Shown here: piece by piece, positions 23,901 through 37,724 of the stretch
How the letters are laid out: every line of letters starts with the position of its first letter
Position numbering within the stretch: position 1 is the first letter of the stretch
Source of the DNA: Callorhinchus milii
Taxonomy: Eukaryota
DNA length: 64,000 bases
Direction: 5' to 3'
Assembly: GCF_018977255.1 (NCBI RefSeq)
Contig: NW_024704742.1
Coordinates: forward strand, 52,082,001 to 52,146,000
Translations under genes and position numbers: made by a program
Notes under the pieces: model-generated
Told to the model about the DNA's origin: nothing
The model's input: the letters and a program-made list of their open reading frames with translations, nothing else
Database searches by the model: none

Positions 23901-26900
23901 CGAGAGCTGTCCACTCCCCCCAGTGATTTTCCATACTGCACGTAAACTAATACCTCACATAAACAGCAGCTAACAATTCAGACTCATACAAGCTCTCAGC
24001 TGGTTCAGATTAAAGCACACTGTTGTAAGGGTGGTCTGCCAGCTTTAGCAACTTAGTCTTGGACTCTTGCACTATGGACCTAGGTATGAAATTCACCCTC
24101 GACTCTCTTCCAGACTCAACTGTCTCCAGTGACTTAGCCAGGCCTCTAGATAGAGGGTCGGAGGCAACAGAGGACCCCATTTCAGAGAATCCAAAAGAAT
24201 GTGTATGGGGCGGGGGCAGGGGTGGGGGGAAGAACTGATACGAAGTGCCAATATTGCTCAGCTAGACTATACTGCCCTCCCTGCTGAAACCAAAAAGATA
24301 GGAAGGCAATGAAATATTGTAACACAGTGACAGTTTCAGGCAAGAGTAGACCATTTATGGGTAGGCTAAACCATCTAGTCAACCCGTACAACTTCCCCAA
24401 CCATTCCCTTTGACCCAACAACAACAAATTACATTTGTATCGTGCCTTTCATGATGGGAGGATGCTCCAAGATGTGTCCACCTGAGCAAAGTATGCTCAG
24501 ATAGACACACCTATCTCACCCTGAATCCTTTTAATTTCCAGAAATATACCTAGTTGTTTTTAGTAAACCCTGTATAGTTCCTTGTCTCATCCCACAAAGC
24601 TATCATACTCTTATAAGATAATGTTCACCTGCACTTCCTATTCACTTTTGTTTTCTTTATTTTAAAGCTATGCAATCTGAAATGGGGAATGTAAATAGGA
24701 TGGATGTATTCACTGTAATGTTGTTAGGAAGTAAAAGATGCCCACCCTGGTATATGGAGGGACAATAAGAAAACAAAGTTTTCTGCTCTTGATTGCTATC
24801 TAGCGACCTGTGGTGGAAAGTATGCTCAAGGACATCATACTGTACAACAGTGTGATATTCTCCAATATCAGACGTGAAGCATAACGGAAAGTACCTGCAG
24901 AACCATACTTCAGAATGAGACATGTTTCCAAATGGGATTATGTTAGTGTATTAGGAAAATAAATAACACTTCAGTCGTCAGCTGAATGAATAACAATGTG
25001 AAGTTATTTTGATATAGAAATCATATTATGGTACATTGGTAGTCTGGTTCCAGTGCAAAGCATACAAAAGTAATTATGCCAAATAGTAGGAACTAAACAG
25101 TAGATGAATACAAGGCAGCAATACTATTGAAGGTTTCATAAGATGCTTGAAAGCATCATCTAGTGCTGAATTCAGATAGCCTTCCATGTACCAAAGCTGT
25201 TGTTTTTAATAGTATGTAGAGTTGAATTCGTGCGTCTATTTTTATTCCTTTTATTTGCTCTGACAGCTGGTGTCGGGACAGAAATCAATGGTCCATATGT
25301 CTGTATAGCTATCACTGCAGGATTAGAGATTGTGATTTAATCTTTCCCAGCTCATTCATTCAGTGATAGCTGACCATCAATTACTAGGAAATGACAGTCT
25401 GTATAGATTGTACTTTGCGCCTGTTACATTGCTTTTACATTTGAATTTGCCTCTGGAGACAATCCAGAACAAGAATCAGTCGGCTTTCCCAGCACCAAGT
25501 TTTTGAAAATTCCATTTGGAGTTAGATCTTCTGTTACCTCTAGAGAGAGCAGATCTGATTCCGTAATGAAAAGGGTTGATGCCTGAGCAAATGAATCTAA
25601 GGGTATTTTGTGCATTTATTTTTGCGGTCCCCACTACCCAAATAACTACAGCAGAACCCAAAAAACTCTTGGAGCAAAATTGCCAAATTTGCAGGCACGT
25701 CTCCTGACCTTGGCTACTCTTATTTTAGTATTGCAATAGCAAAAAATAATTTCTGATGACATTTTGTGCTTGCATGAATATCTTAATATTAATGCAGTAC
25801 ATACACAATGCCATAAAAAGTTGGTGCAATGTTATTTTTCGGCAAGCACTCTAAAATACAGAGCCAGGGTAAAAACAGCAGAGTGTTAACATGAAGCAAA
25901 GCTTCCAGTTTGACACTGTTTTTCAAGCACTCAAAAACAAAAACATTAACAGCATTAATTAAAGGACACATAAAGCTCCTAGCACAACTCCACTGAACCA
26001 GTCATATGCCAAGTGCTAAAAATAATGATCTATTTCTTGTGTCTTTATCATGGGAAATCCTATCATAAAGAAGCAACAGAAAGAAAGGTGGTTATTTTTA
26101 AGCAAATGATGGGCTCCAATTCTTTGACTACTGGGAATAATCACACGGGTTTGGATGTCAGATTTACTTCCGTTTGAACTCGTACAATGTGGTTTTGGGA
26201 GTTGTTTTCTCAGCTTTAATTATTATTTTTGTAATTATTTTTAGTGGCTGACATGCTCAGAGGCTTGATGTCATTGCTTCATGTTTGCTTGAGAATTCTT
26301 CCCCTCCCCCAACACCCTTCAATCAGGCCTTGGAGACATATATGTCTTTAAAGAGTTTTTTTGGCCTGGTTACGATATGCTGTGTTGAAACCAGTGACTG
26401 GAGTGTCTGAATGAAAATTGCTGTGTCAGGGTTTTGTGAACACAATCCATAATAATCCTTGCATTTGGTATTTTAGCACCTTTTCACATCTTCTAGACAT
26501 CTTAAAGCACTTCTCTGTAAAGTGAATTGACTGCGTGTTTTGTTCACCATCCATGCACTTCATACAAACGGAGGATGCATAAGGAATTGGGCATTCAACC
26601 CATTCGTGTGTGTGTCACTGCTACTTGCTTTTTCTAAACCTTGTTTTAATAACCCACTTTCCAATCTACATTCCTAATATTGTTACAAAATGAGAAGAGA
26701 GTTTCTCCCAGTGACGTGGCCAAGAATCCTTCAAAACATAAATTGGTAATTGCAGCTACAAATGCACAGTCACTACACTTACAAGTAATTGCTGTAAAGT
26801 GCTTTGCGATATTTTCACATTATAGGCACTTTTTTATTTGGTCAGCTGGGAAAGTTTCATCTCACATGGAAAATTCCCCTTGTCTGGAATGGAACGCTCA

Positions 26901-27921
26901 CTCTCTCCCTCCAAGCATTTCAGAGAGCACGAGGTACATATTACATTATGCACAATGCCACTGCCACAAATTGTTGTGTTAAAATTGGAACACGCTGTCA
27001 ACCCTCACCAAAAAAATGTTTCCCTGACACGTTTTAGGAAAACAATGCTCATTTAAAATAAATAATCAAAAGAATGGGATTTATTTCAAACAGGACACAG
27101 ATACGATCCAGAAAGTAACTAATAGTACCCCTGAGACAGTCAGCAGGTGAATATTGTTTGACCTCGTTGAATCAATGTGACTAGGAAACTAAGTAGAAAG
27201 GAATAAAATGTAATTTCGAAAAGTCAGATTCTAGGCAAGAGGAAACTGATGGTTTGTTGAAAAATGCAGAAATTTGTTTAAATAGTTGAAGCCTGGTTGA
27301 TAAAAGTCGGTCTATAGTCTGATAACATTGTTGCCCATTTTTCACATGGTCCCTCAAATGCCGTCAGTTTGAAAGCAGCATTTATCAGTTGAGTGGTATA
27401 CACAACATATTGGGCTCTGTTTACCAGATGGATTCTGTGTAGTGTGACCTGGGCCCTTGCTTTTCTTCACTATTGACACCTTTCAGCTCTATCGCACATA
27501 GTCGCCTACCCCATGAAATTCTTCTTTGTGCCCTGTTGTGAATTCCTAGAATGTAGATGAGAGCATGTTTACACCTTAGTTAGAGGCAGCTTGCTAAAAA
27601 AAAACAACAGGCTAATGGAATCATACGGATGATAAGATAGGCTGTTGACCTGTGTGAAACGAGTGAATGAGCTTCTGTTGTTGTCTGTGAGACTCCAGGC
27701 AGCTTTCTGTAGCTGGTGCCTTATTTTTATATTACGGCTGTCTGTACTGGTTTGTGCTAACTGAGCTCCTGGCTGATGTCAAGTCAATGAGATTGAGATT
27801 TCTTCTTGATATCATCTATGACTCTTTCATGCTGCTGTGGCTGAGTATGTATACACAGGGTGAGAAGCTGCTTCAGTCCTGACAGTACAGTAATGTGGAC
27901 TGGAATTCTAGATATATATCA

Positions 27922-28044
27922 GAGGGGTGCTATATGCATACGTGAGGGGTACTATATACATACGTGAGGGGCACTATATACATACGTGAGGGGTGCTATA
28001 TACATACGTGAGGAGCGCTATATAAATGCAAGTTGTTGATGTTG
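27922..28044 (+). repeat. 22 bp tandem array (4 units) built from the L2 3' terminus
   Basis: Four units of gagggg(tg/ta/ca)ctatat(a/g)catacgt run into gaggagcgctatataaatgcaagttgttg. Confidence 0.9.
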
Positions 28045-28689
28045 CATATACTTCCCCACCACTCATCACTTTCAATTCAGACTGGACCCCCAAAAAAGTA
28101 TGATTTTTGCTGGAATGTGGCATGAACGTAACACAAAAAAATGGTGTTTGTTAATTAAACAGCCAGTCATGTGAACAAGCCTTTAATAATATTAGAAACG
28201 TATCATTTATTCAAGGGACAACCTGAGAGTTTGAATAGCCATCAGCAAAGACAGCCCAGCACGTTTCACACACACCGGTTTATACTGTGCGGAGTAAGGA
28301 GCATGTCTCCAGCACATTTCCACTGTAGAAGCTCCTGTTTATACTGATATATTTGCTGGCAAATTGCTACAAATTATACCATGTAAACACAGCCAGCAGT
28401 ATTTCTCCTAATATTTGGGAGATTTGTAATAAACATTAAAGTATAAGTCTGTGTGGAGGGGGCTCCTTTTCTTTGTAAGGAGTTATGCAAGGAGTATCTG
28501 TCTATCTAACATACATTGTGGAATAAACAAGGACAATTCTTAAGGCTACTGAGAAGAGTGAGCTTCACACACACAAGGAACTGAAATAATAAGACAACTT
28601 CATGAGGGTCTTTGAAAGTTCAAGCTCCAAAGTTCCCATCAGAAGTAACTGGCATCCATCTCGTCAAATGTGTGCTTGATGGATGACAA

Positions 28690-29315
28690 ATGACCAACTA
28701 GTGACTATCTTCATGGGCTGGGGGAGGTAAGAGGGAACTCCTTGGAGCTTAACTGTCTCCAAGATGGCAACGGAATATTGGAATTGAGTTAATCTCTTGT
28801 GTTGGTCTTGGTAGTGCGATACCTCAGCTAAGCGGGTCCACAGTGTTCCAGGGCACTGATAAGAGACCAGGCACCCTGGCTCATTGGTAGAATTTGAAGG
28901 GCAGTAGGAGGGATTCTTCACACTCAACTCCTGTTAATTAGCAAGCTAAAGCCCTAACAACCCTAACAAAGCCCTAATCCTAGCTCGATAAACAGTAGGG
29001 AGCTTGCCAGACAGCTTTCAATATCAAACAATGCACTTTTGTTCTTGTTAGCCTCCAGCAGTACCCCAATCTATACTCTGGGATCCCCAAGCCTTATCTC
29101 TTGCCAACTCGCACCTATTACTTTCCAAAATTAGATAAGCAGGATGTGTTCTTCTCAGGAGAGAGTGTTCATTCCATTCCAAACATGAGAATTTCTATGT
29201 GTAGGTTGGATGCCTGGAACTCTCAGTTTAGCTTAGGTACTCTTGGGTACTTTGGTTTGGGTGCAAAAGTGGTTATAGGATTCTGCATGTGTCAGACACC
29301 TGGTGGACCAAAACA
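28690..29315 (+). mobile_element. Family X, longest copy
   Basis: Colinear with the 46870 and 55483 copies; ends tgtcagacacctggtggaccaaaa. The 5' boundary is uncertain. Confidence 0.8.
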
Positions 29316-29679
29316 AGACAGGATTAGTATCTGGTATTATAAATATTTTTCCTACAATTTTCTCCCCTTACCTCTCTAATGAAGGCGGCATGACGGGGTT
29401 GATGCCATGGGTACCAATAGTCCTCTGTTTATTCTTCACTCATGACCTGATACAGTGAGTGTTAGAAGACCACTTCCCTGTGGAGTGGGAGATCCTGACA
29501 CAACTCAATTTTGTTCTCAGCTCTGGTCTCCTCCTGGTCCATTCTCTTGCATGTGGCCTCTGCTCTTCCAATTTTGATCCACTACTTGTCAATAGCCTAA
29601 CTTGTCCCTTTTTCTCTCTATTACTTTGAGACATTCATTTTATGTGAAAAATTCTATATAAATTTACATTGTTATTTGA

Positions 29680-29880
29680 TGATGCCCACACACACTTGCC
29701 AGCAGATGTCATATACAGTGATCAGGATGAGTCCAGCTGATTTTTACCCTCCCAAGCCCAAGGACACCAAGGCGAATTGTTGTGTGTTCACTGCTACCAA
29801 CTTCCCCAATTGAAATCAGCGCAGATAAAGAATTGAACTTAGGATCTCCCCAACTCCACACACACCACTTGACAATCACC
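29680..29880 (-). mobile_element. AmnSINE2-like fragment
   Basis: gctgatttttaccctcccaagcccaaggacaccaaggcgaattg. Confidence 0.55.
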
Positions 29881-30254
29881 CACTGATCACAGAAGGAATT
29901 TCAAAAGACTTTAAATGTCTGAGTTCTCATCCAGTTCCCGGGCAGAGAATAAACATGAAATCACTAAATAAACAGAAAAATAAAAATGGAACGCAGACCA
30001 TTTCACAACAACCCACGTGAACATCCTGTTCATCTGAAGAAAACACGAGTGAACAAGTTGTATTTGTACTGTTTGGTTGGCACAAACTCTTCTGTTAAGC
30101 ACAAATGAGAGTAATAGGGTGCAAAAGTCTGTGTTACGTTATGGTCTGTGAGTTTATTGTACCAAATGAATATAATATTTATTTACCGTTACATTTTTTC
30201 TCATGTGCTCTTAACCAACAGCACCAGAATCCTGCTGGTGCAGGTATGCATAAA

Positions 30255-30770
30255 ATACTGACACTCATTCACTCTTTTATCTCACCCAGGCTTTGTTCAA
30301 GCTCCCTGATTGCCAGCCTCCCTACCTTGTCTCAATGCCTCTCCCACACCAGGTTCATCAACCCCATGTGCCCTACCCTTGCTTAGCTCCACTGGTTCCC
30401 ATATCCCAGTGGAACAACTTCAAGATCCTTGTCCTCAAATCCAAATTTTAAATCCTTCCCTGCCTGTGCAATCTCCTGTGACCCTACTGCTCCGTCCCCT
30501 CCCTCTGCTCAGCAACCACCAGCCTACTTTGTGTTTCCTGCCTGATTCCCCCACCATTCAGCGTTCTATCCGCTCATTGGAACTCCATACTGGACTCTCT
30601 ACACCTTGCCCCTCACTTCCTGCTTTCAAAATCCGCTTGAAGATCTATTAAGATTTTGACCGGGCTTTGAGCCATCCCCTCAGTTTGGGCTCCCAGTCAG
30701 CTCTGTGAAACTTTGCGACATCCTCACAATGTGAATGGCGCTACATGAATATAAATTGTTGTTGTTGTTA
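30255..30770 (+). mobile_element. L2 3' fragment, old
   Basis: ctccactggttccc and ttcaagatccttgtcctc motifs; (TTG)n tail. Confidence 0.75.
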
Positions 30771-31269
30771 TTGTCATCCCAAAGTAAAGGAAATTCCTGT
30801 AGTTTGTAGGTCTCAGACGATTTTTTATTCTAACTAAGATTATTTTAAATGCTTTCTGTGACAGAGCCAAGTACATATTTTAAAGTCAAAAGTAAAGTGG
30901 TGCATACTATTTATAAATATTGCCCTGGAACCAATTGTGGCCTACATCCCCCTCACCTTTTATCCTTTGGAGATCTGCTGCTCATGTGTCTCTGGACTCC
31001 ATCTGCAACTTGCCAGCACAGCGAGAAAAATTGATAGACAGATGGATAATGGGTAATCTCAGTATAGTAGCATCACTAATCTGCTCTAAAGGCAGCTGTG
31101 GATAGTACTGGAGCAAAGACAGTTTTTGCTGACAAAATATATTTTCAAACAAATACAGAAGGTTATACTGTATTGTGTCTTACCCCATTACATTTCTCTG
31201 CTTATACCTGCTGTTAATTTCTGTTTTTTTGGAGGGATTGAGATATTGCACAGAATTTAGCATTTACAA

Positions 31270-31905
31270 ACAATAATAATGATAAATCGGTTATCTCAAT
31301 TCACAACTGTTTGTGGGACACTGCTGTGTGCAATTGGCTGCTGCATTTTGCCCACAAAATATACAGTCAAATCAATTTACATTATATGCGGTGAAATGCT
31401 TTGAGACGTCTCAAGCTGTGATAAAAACTCTGCCGCCCGCATTCTTACCCATACCAAATTCCGCTCCCCAATTACCCCAGTCCTTGCCAGACTGCACTGG
31501 CTGCCTGTCTCAGAGAGGATCGACTTCAAGATCCTCACTCGTGTCTTCAAATCCCTCCACTTCTCTGCACCCCCCGACCTCTCTGACCTCCTCTCTCCTC
31601 ACAACAGTGCCCATTGCCTTCACTCCACCAGGTCTGGCCTCCTCCTTGTCCACCGAATCCTCGGCTCCACCATCGGCGGCCGTGCCTTCGCCTCGCCCCC
31701 TCTCTTCCTATTTTCAGGTCTTGGCTGAAGACCTTTCTTTTCGACCGCGCCTTTGGTCACCTTCCTCCCCTTCCCCCGGCTCGGCCCCGGGATTGTATTG
31801 TTACTGTGAAGCACTCTGAGACGCCATCCAGCGTGGAGGACTCTATATAAATCCAAGTTGTTGTTGTTGATAAGGCACTATATCACATACAAGGATTATT
31901 AACAT
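31270..31905 (+). mobile_element. SINE 3' half split by L2
   Basis: Deu core at 31305-31355. The SINE tail resumes at 31868. Confidence 0.8.
31425..31867 (+). mobile_element. L2 3' fragment (second subfamily)
   Basis: Highly similar to 54957-55446; tgataa duplicated at 31419-31424 and 31868-31873. Confidence 0.9.
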
Positions 31906-33499
31906 TATCATTCACAATCATATCGCTGGTGGAGCTCTTCCAGACTTGGCACATAGTGGAGAAAATGTTAATAATTCTATCAAAATTTTCCGACACACTA
32001 ATCTCATTCTTGTTTGCCCAATCTGTCATTAATCGCTGTTAAAACAGAATAGTAAGTTAAATGAAGAGCCTGGATATTCAGTGTCCATGTACAGCAAATG
32101 GAGAATCTGGAATAATTTGTGTTTAATTCATATAAAAGGGCGTATCCATAACTTGTTTTTACAACTATGGTGAATTTTTTTTCCTGCAAACAGATCATGT
32201 GTTTCCTCTAACAGAAAACAACTTGCCAAAGTTTATGTGAATGTTGCTTAATGGAAGTTCCAAAGATGTGCAATAGAGGGCACTCTCCTTACACCAGGAC
32301 TTCTGTGACAATCTTCTTGTCAGAGCTTCGCACCACTGCTTGGAATCGCACACTAGTGAGGGGGACTGGGAAGTAGAAAAGAAGGCAAATGGACCCTCGT
32401 TTTTTTATCCATGGTTTTGACTTTTCCCCTGATGACTCAGTTTTATACAGTCAAGAGTTTTTTTAAAATTTCGGGTGTTACATGATAACGTGTCTTTGCA
32501 ATTCTGGGAATGCTAGTATGCAATATTCTGAGAATTCAGGTCACCCACTCTACTAAACTAGTAAAGGCTCAAATAACAATGACCAACAGGCTCGGAAATG
32601 ACCTCTGAGAGACTCTTTTTATCTGCTTTGCACTGCATTCTGCAGACTTGTTTACGTGGGGCTAGTTACAAGATAAATCCAGTAATTTGTTGAATCAGAG
32701 ATGTGCTTCCTGCTGAAACCCTGGAGTCTTAAAGTTGGCGGAATTGTTTTACTCTGGCAGTGATCAGACTGCTGGGATTGAGGATTGAGGACTCAGCATA
32801 AAATAACTCTTTTACACGCAGGATGAATTCCTGAAAAAGTTGCTGCTTTCACTCATTTTCGTTCACTTTCCCTTCTCATTCAGTCTTCCTTAGTGCCAAT
32901 TTTTTTTACTAAAAGTTAGTGTTTTATCTACTTGATCTTCCCTCTGGCGAACAGAACAGTTATGTTCCAAGCCCTCCCTGTCGCATATGTGCACTTGGTT
33001 TTCAGCCAAGAAACTGGATGATGTTTTGCATTACCTGGCTTGCTGCACAGTCATTATGACAGCACTGCTATATGTATGCATATGTAGAATCCACACTGGC
33101 TAGACAAGTGGTGAAAGGCTCGGTGTTCCCAGGAACATTGAGATCTATGTACGAGCCCTAGTGCTCATTTAGTAGTTGAATTTTTGCTCACGTTTTAGGA
33201 ACTTTGGACTTGTTTCCTGGGCGATGCAGAAAAGTTTTAGCCCTGATGAACCTGATTCTGTTCTCATTCTTTGCGCTTTCCAGTAGCAATTGTTTAGATG
33301 GAAATCTTCCCTATGTGAAAGGTGCTATATAATTGCAACTTGTTGTTGTAGCTCCTATAGAGAGCTTTGTGGTGCAATTTGCGATTTGTGGTTCAAATTT
33401 TGACACCAAGCCTCAATTACTTAAATTCAAATCATTTATGTGTATGGTGAACATCTAACACCATGAAGGTGTTATATGAATATAAATTGTTTTCAGTTG

Positions 33500-33615
33500 A
33501 GACTATGGGGAGTCATAGCTGAACCTGATTCTGTACTCGCTCTGCATTCACACCTTGGCACTTTCCAGCAGGAATCATTGGAACAAGATCAAGGGGCTGA
33601 AGTTCTGGTTGGTTT
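33500..33615 (-). mobile_element. AmnSINE2-like fragment
   Basis: catagctgaacctgattctgtactc...gcactttccagcagg. Confidence 0.5.
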
Positions 33616-33743
33616 CCATGTAGTGACATTGATGATGTGGGGTTCTAATTGAATTTCCCCATTATAATCACACTAAATCAAAGCCACCACATTGGAAAGC
33701 TGATCAGAATTGTTTTCATCATTAGAATGGTTGTCTAACTAGG

Positions 33744-34162
33744 GGTCAGTCTGGCTCATTTGTCTCTGAGTCAGAAGGTTTTGGGCTCAAGCCCCAAGTC
33801 AGAACTCTAAGGTCATGCAGTCAAGTCTGAAATTCCAATACAGTGCAGGGGATATGCTGCATAGTTGGAGCTGCTGTCCTTTGGATGAGATGTTAAACCA
33901 AAGACACATTTAAGTGAAAGTTAAAGATACCATGGCACTATTTGGAAAGAGAAGGGAGTTTCTCATGTTGTCCTGGTCAAAAATCCCCTAGATAAAATTG
34001 AGCATTCACTTAATGGCTGTTTGGGTGACATTGCTCTGTGCAAATTGGCTGTCGCATTGCCCACAAGTATATAGTCACTACACTTTACAGTAAATCCTGT
34101 GAAGTGCTTTGAAATGTATCGACAATGTGATTAAGTGTTAAATCAAATACAAGGATTATTAT
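33744..34162 (+). mobile_element. Long Deu-domain SINE
   Basis: Colinear with 11574-12001. Confidence 0.85.
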
Positions 34163-34610
34163 AGGGTGTTGATGCGGTCTCTGGGGCCCTTTCTTTCTGT
34201 CACTGTTTAATTTGAGCATGGAACCATCCTGGTCTGTCTTACCCTAAACTGCAGTTTTATCATATTTAAAAATAGTTTCAAATATTATCAGTCTAATATA
34301 TTTTAGTCCATGTCACACACATGGTGTTATTGTCTGGTTAATTGTATGGGGGGACTGCCTGGGACATGTCAGTAGACTGAAGCTCTAAGCCCTCCTGCTT
34401 TTGTTGGGAACATGGCTCATATGTTCTTAGTATCTCATTTCAAAATGAAGCTTCCAGCTCAACCCATCTATTGCCAGTGCATTTCCTGTCAGCAGTTTTC
34501 TGTTTGTGGAGCTGATGGTGGTCAGACTGTTTCCTCCTCTTCTTTCTATACACTAGCATATGATAATCCCAGTTGATGAAATGATATAACATGTTTATAA
34601 TAACTTCTCT

Positions 34611-34943
34611 AATAATGATAATCCTTACATTTCATATAGTGCCTCTCACATGAGGAGGATGCTTATAAAGTCCATTGACTGTATTTTGTGGACAAACACG
34701 GCAGCCAATTTGTGCACAGACAGTTATGAAATGAATATTCAGTTTTATTGGGGGATTTTTGGCCAGGACATTGGGTGAAACTCCCTTCTCTTTTCAAGTA
34801 GTGCCATAAGATGTTTAATATTTAGGGAGATAGGACCTTGGTGTAACATCTCACTCAACAGTGCAGCAACCCCTAATACTGCACTGGAGTGTCAGCATAG
34901 ACTATTTGAGGTCCAAGTGGGGCTTGAACGCAACGCATCATCT
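34611..34943 (-). mobile_element. Long Deu-domain SINE
   Basis: Colinear with 7890-8334. It is inverted relative to the 33744 copy. Confidence 0.8.
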
Positions 34944-37019
34944 TCTGACCCAGAGGCTGACACCTAAAATGATATGGATGAATTGAAAGTCAGTAAGTCT
35001 TAGAAACTAGATTAATAAAGTGTAGACAACTGAAGGGAGCAGCTGTTGTGATGTACGGGCAGACTCTCATTAAGCCGTGAGTTATAGTTTTAGTCAACTA
35101 CAGGTACAAGGGATAGGAGATGGAAAGACTCCTCTGCTGCTCTTTATTGAAGATATTAGCCACAAGTTTGATAAGAAGCAAATGTCTGACAGCTCTATGG
35201 CAGAGCAAGATCTTAAAGAGGTAGTCTGTGTGAAAAGGTACACAGCATTTCTTTTTGTTTAGGGTCAAAGAGGTGATCAGAGGAGCCTTTTGCCAATTTT
35301 GCCACAACAATCTTTTGTGCACATAATGGAATAATACATAAAAAAAACTTTCCTGCTATTTCTTAAAGAGATTGTCTCCTTAAGATTGTGATACATGCAC
35401 AATGCCAAATATTTCATTTGACATGTGCAGTCTGTTCCATACAAGGAATTAAAACAAATAACATACAACCAACCCCTTTGGGTCTATAACATATCCCCCT
35501 CTCCCCTTGAAGCATGTTGTTTTTGTGGCGAGCAGTTACCCTTACAAAGAGAGGTTAATGTACTACAAAGTGGAAAGACAAATGCACTTGAAATGCTAGA
35601 TCCCAGGAGCTTTTTATAATGACATATTGTTTGTAGAAAGGTAACAGCTGACAAGTGTGGCATTAACCTGGTTCAAAAGGTTTGCAGTGAACTGGTCAAC
35701 CAAAGCTGACCTTACCTGTCCCCGATCTCTTGTTAATCCGTGTTAGGATAGCAGTTTGACCTATTGCCAGGTCTCACCAGATGAGATAATGCCACTTCAA
35801 ATAAACACTAAAAAGAAGCGTACAACGTATAAAAAGTGCTGAACCTTCTGTAACTGCTGTTAAAGAGACAACATACAGAGTATATTGGCTTAGTTTTGAT
35901 TCTGTCCTTTGCAGTAATTTTGCAAGAAGACAGATGACTCATGATGTTTTAATACTTTGATTGCTCAATCCTTCCTTATGGTCACAAACAATAACCCACG
36001 AGACTGAATAATTTATCATTCATCTCATTGCTGTTTGTGAGACCTTGCAAGCCAATATTAATTGCTTTGTTTGGTTGCCTAACAACAGCCACAAGTTTCA
36101 AAGCAACTTATTGTGTGAAGGGCTTTGAGACGTTATGACAAGATAAAGCACTATATCAGATGTCAGTATTATTAGTGCCACATGGTCAGCATGTGTTGAA
36201 ATGAGCTGGAGAAACAAATAGGGGGCACTGCTCCTGCATTTTATCCACTGGGGGTGGGGGAGAGAGAAAGAGAGAGAGAGAAAGCTATGAAAATTGGAAA
36301 CAATGGTCAGCATTCACATTCAAACCACATTTGCACCGCCTAGCCCCCCCCTCCACCCCCACCCATCCCCTCCTCCCACCACCAACACCAAAGCATCCAG
36401 GGTCCTCATCTGTGTTAAGTTGTGCTGCACAATGTGGATCCACTCAATGAAGAAACAGCAATGTATTTCTTCCTTATTGCCCGTGGATTTGGGTCGTCCC
36501 TTTTAATTCTAGTAATTTGAGCCGCACCGAATTACTAAAAAGTGCCTGGCCACCATGAAGTGGAATGTTCGCTTGCAGTGAGCCTCTCATTATGTGAACA
36601 GTGCGATGGCAATGAACTTAGGTGAGCAACAATGTAGCATTTCATAGAGGTTTTAGTTCTGTCTGTTCTAGGAAGGTGGACCTACCTCCCACTTCCCAAA
36701 CCCAGCCCACAAACCCCACCTCACCCAATAAATAAATATAGAGGTCCCCAAAATAGAGACCACTGATCATTTGATTTCTATTTGATCTATCATGTTTCTT
36801 GACATGATCTTGCCACCATTACAAAACAGTAACTCACAAAAGATTTGGGGGTCTATGATGTAGAATTTCATAAGGTCACAAGTTTAATGTGATTGCTTAA
36901 TAAAGGCTCCTTCCAATAACACGGAAATATAACTCGTATTGATGCCAGACTGTGGGAACACTGCTCTGTAAGTAGATTGTGTCAGAGCAGAGTTCCTGTG
37001 GGTCAGCCTGACCAGTTGT

Positions 37020-37345
37020 GGTATATAGTTCAGTTGGTAGCATTCTTGGCTCTGGATCATGAGTTGAGGGTTCAAGCTCCATGATCTGGCTCATGGTCTA
37101 GGCTGATACTCCAATAGTAGAGCATTATCAGAGGTGCCATCTTTCAAAAGGACAATAAATAGCGGCCCTACCTGCCTGTGAGCAGATGTTTAAAAGCCTA
37201 TGATATTATTCAAAAGAGGATGGAGCTTCTGCCAATGGCTTGGGCCACTATCCTCCAGATAAATTGGTCATTCCCCTAATAGATGTTTATAGGATCTTGA
37301 TTGTGTAAGGTGAACCATACACCTTGCTGTATCTTTACCTACAAA
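37020..37345 (+). mobile_element. Long Deu-domain SINE, degenerate
   Basis: gttcagttggtagc...gggttcaagctcc head. Confidence 0.7.
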
Positions 37346-37724
37346 TAGTGACTATTCTTGAGAATAATTATCTGTCAGGATGTATTCATAGATACATAAA
37401 TGGGAAAGAATGCAAAAAGGGTTCAGAGTTTGCTCTTGGAAAACGTCTCACCTCCATCTCCTCCACAATATTCTTTAAGGAATTGAAATGATGGAAAATT
37501 CTAACAATCTGGATGAATTTTCATAAAAATGTTAACAGATCCCACTGGACCTGATATGTGCAATTCATTTACCCATTAGCAAACATGTTAGACCCTCAGT
37601 AACACATGATTCACATGATATATGCAGCTCTTGGTTAGATATTAAAATTAATTATAATAAATATTACTATTCTCCAAAATGTTAAGAAAATAGTTCAAGT
37701 TTAAAACCAGGTAGCACAGTATTA

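Noticed and set aside
25424..25615. Plausible-looking 63 aa minus-strand ORF
   Set aside because: Short, no convincing splice acceptor and no recognised homology.
27922..28020. CRISPR-like regular repeats
   Set aside because: The units are head to tail with no unique spacers, derive from the L2 tail, and sit in a eukaryotic context.
28160..28395. Harbinger-like terminal motifs (tgtaaacacagcc)
   Set aside because: No matching opposite terminus or TSD found.
28946..28980. Interstitial telomeric CCCTAA repeats
   Set aside because: Only three interrupted units, explained by local duplication of agccctaa inside a family X copy.
35104..35220. Possible plus-strand exon (VQGIGDGKTPLLLF...)
   Set aside because: Weak donor, no recognisable protein and no partner exons.
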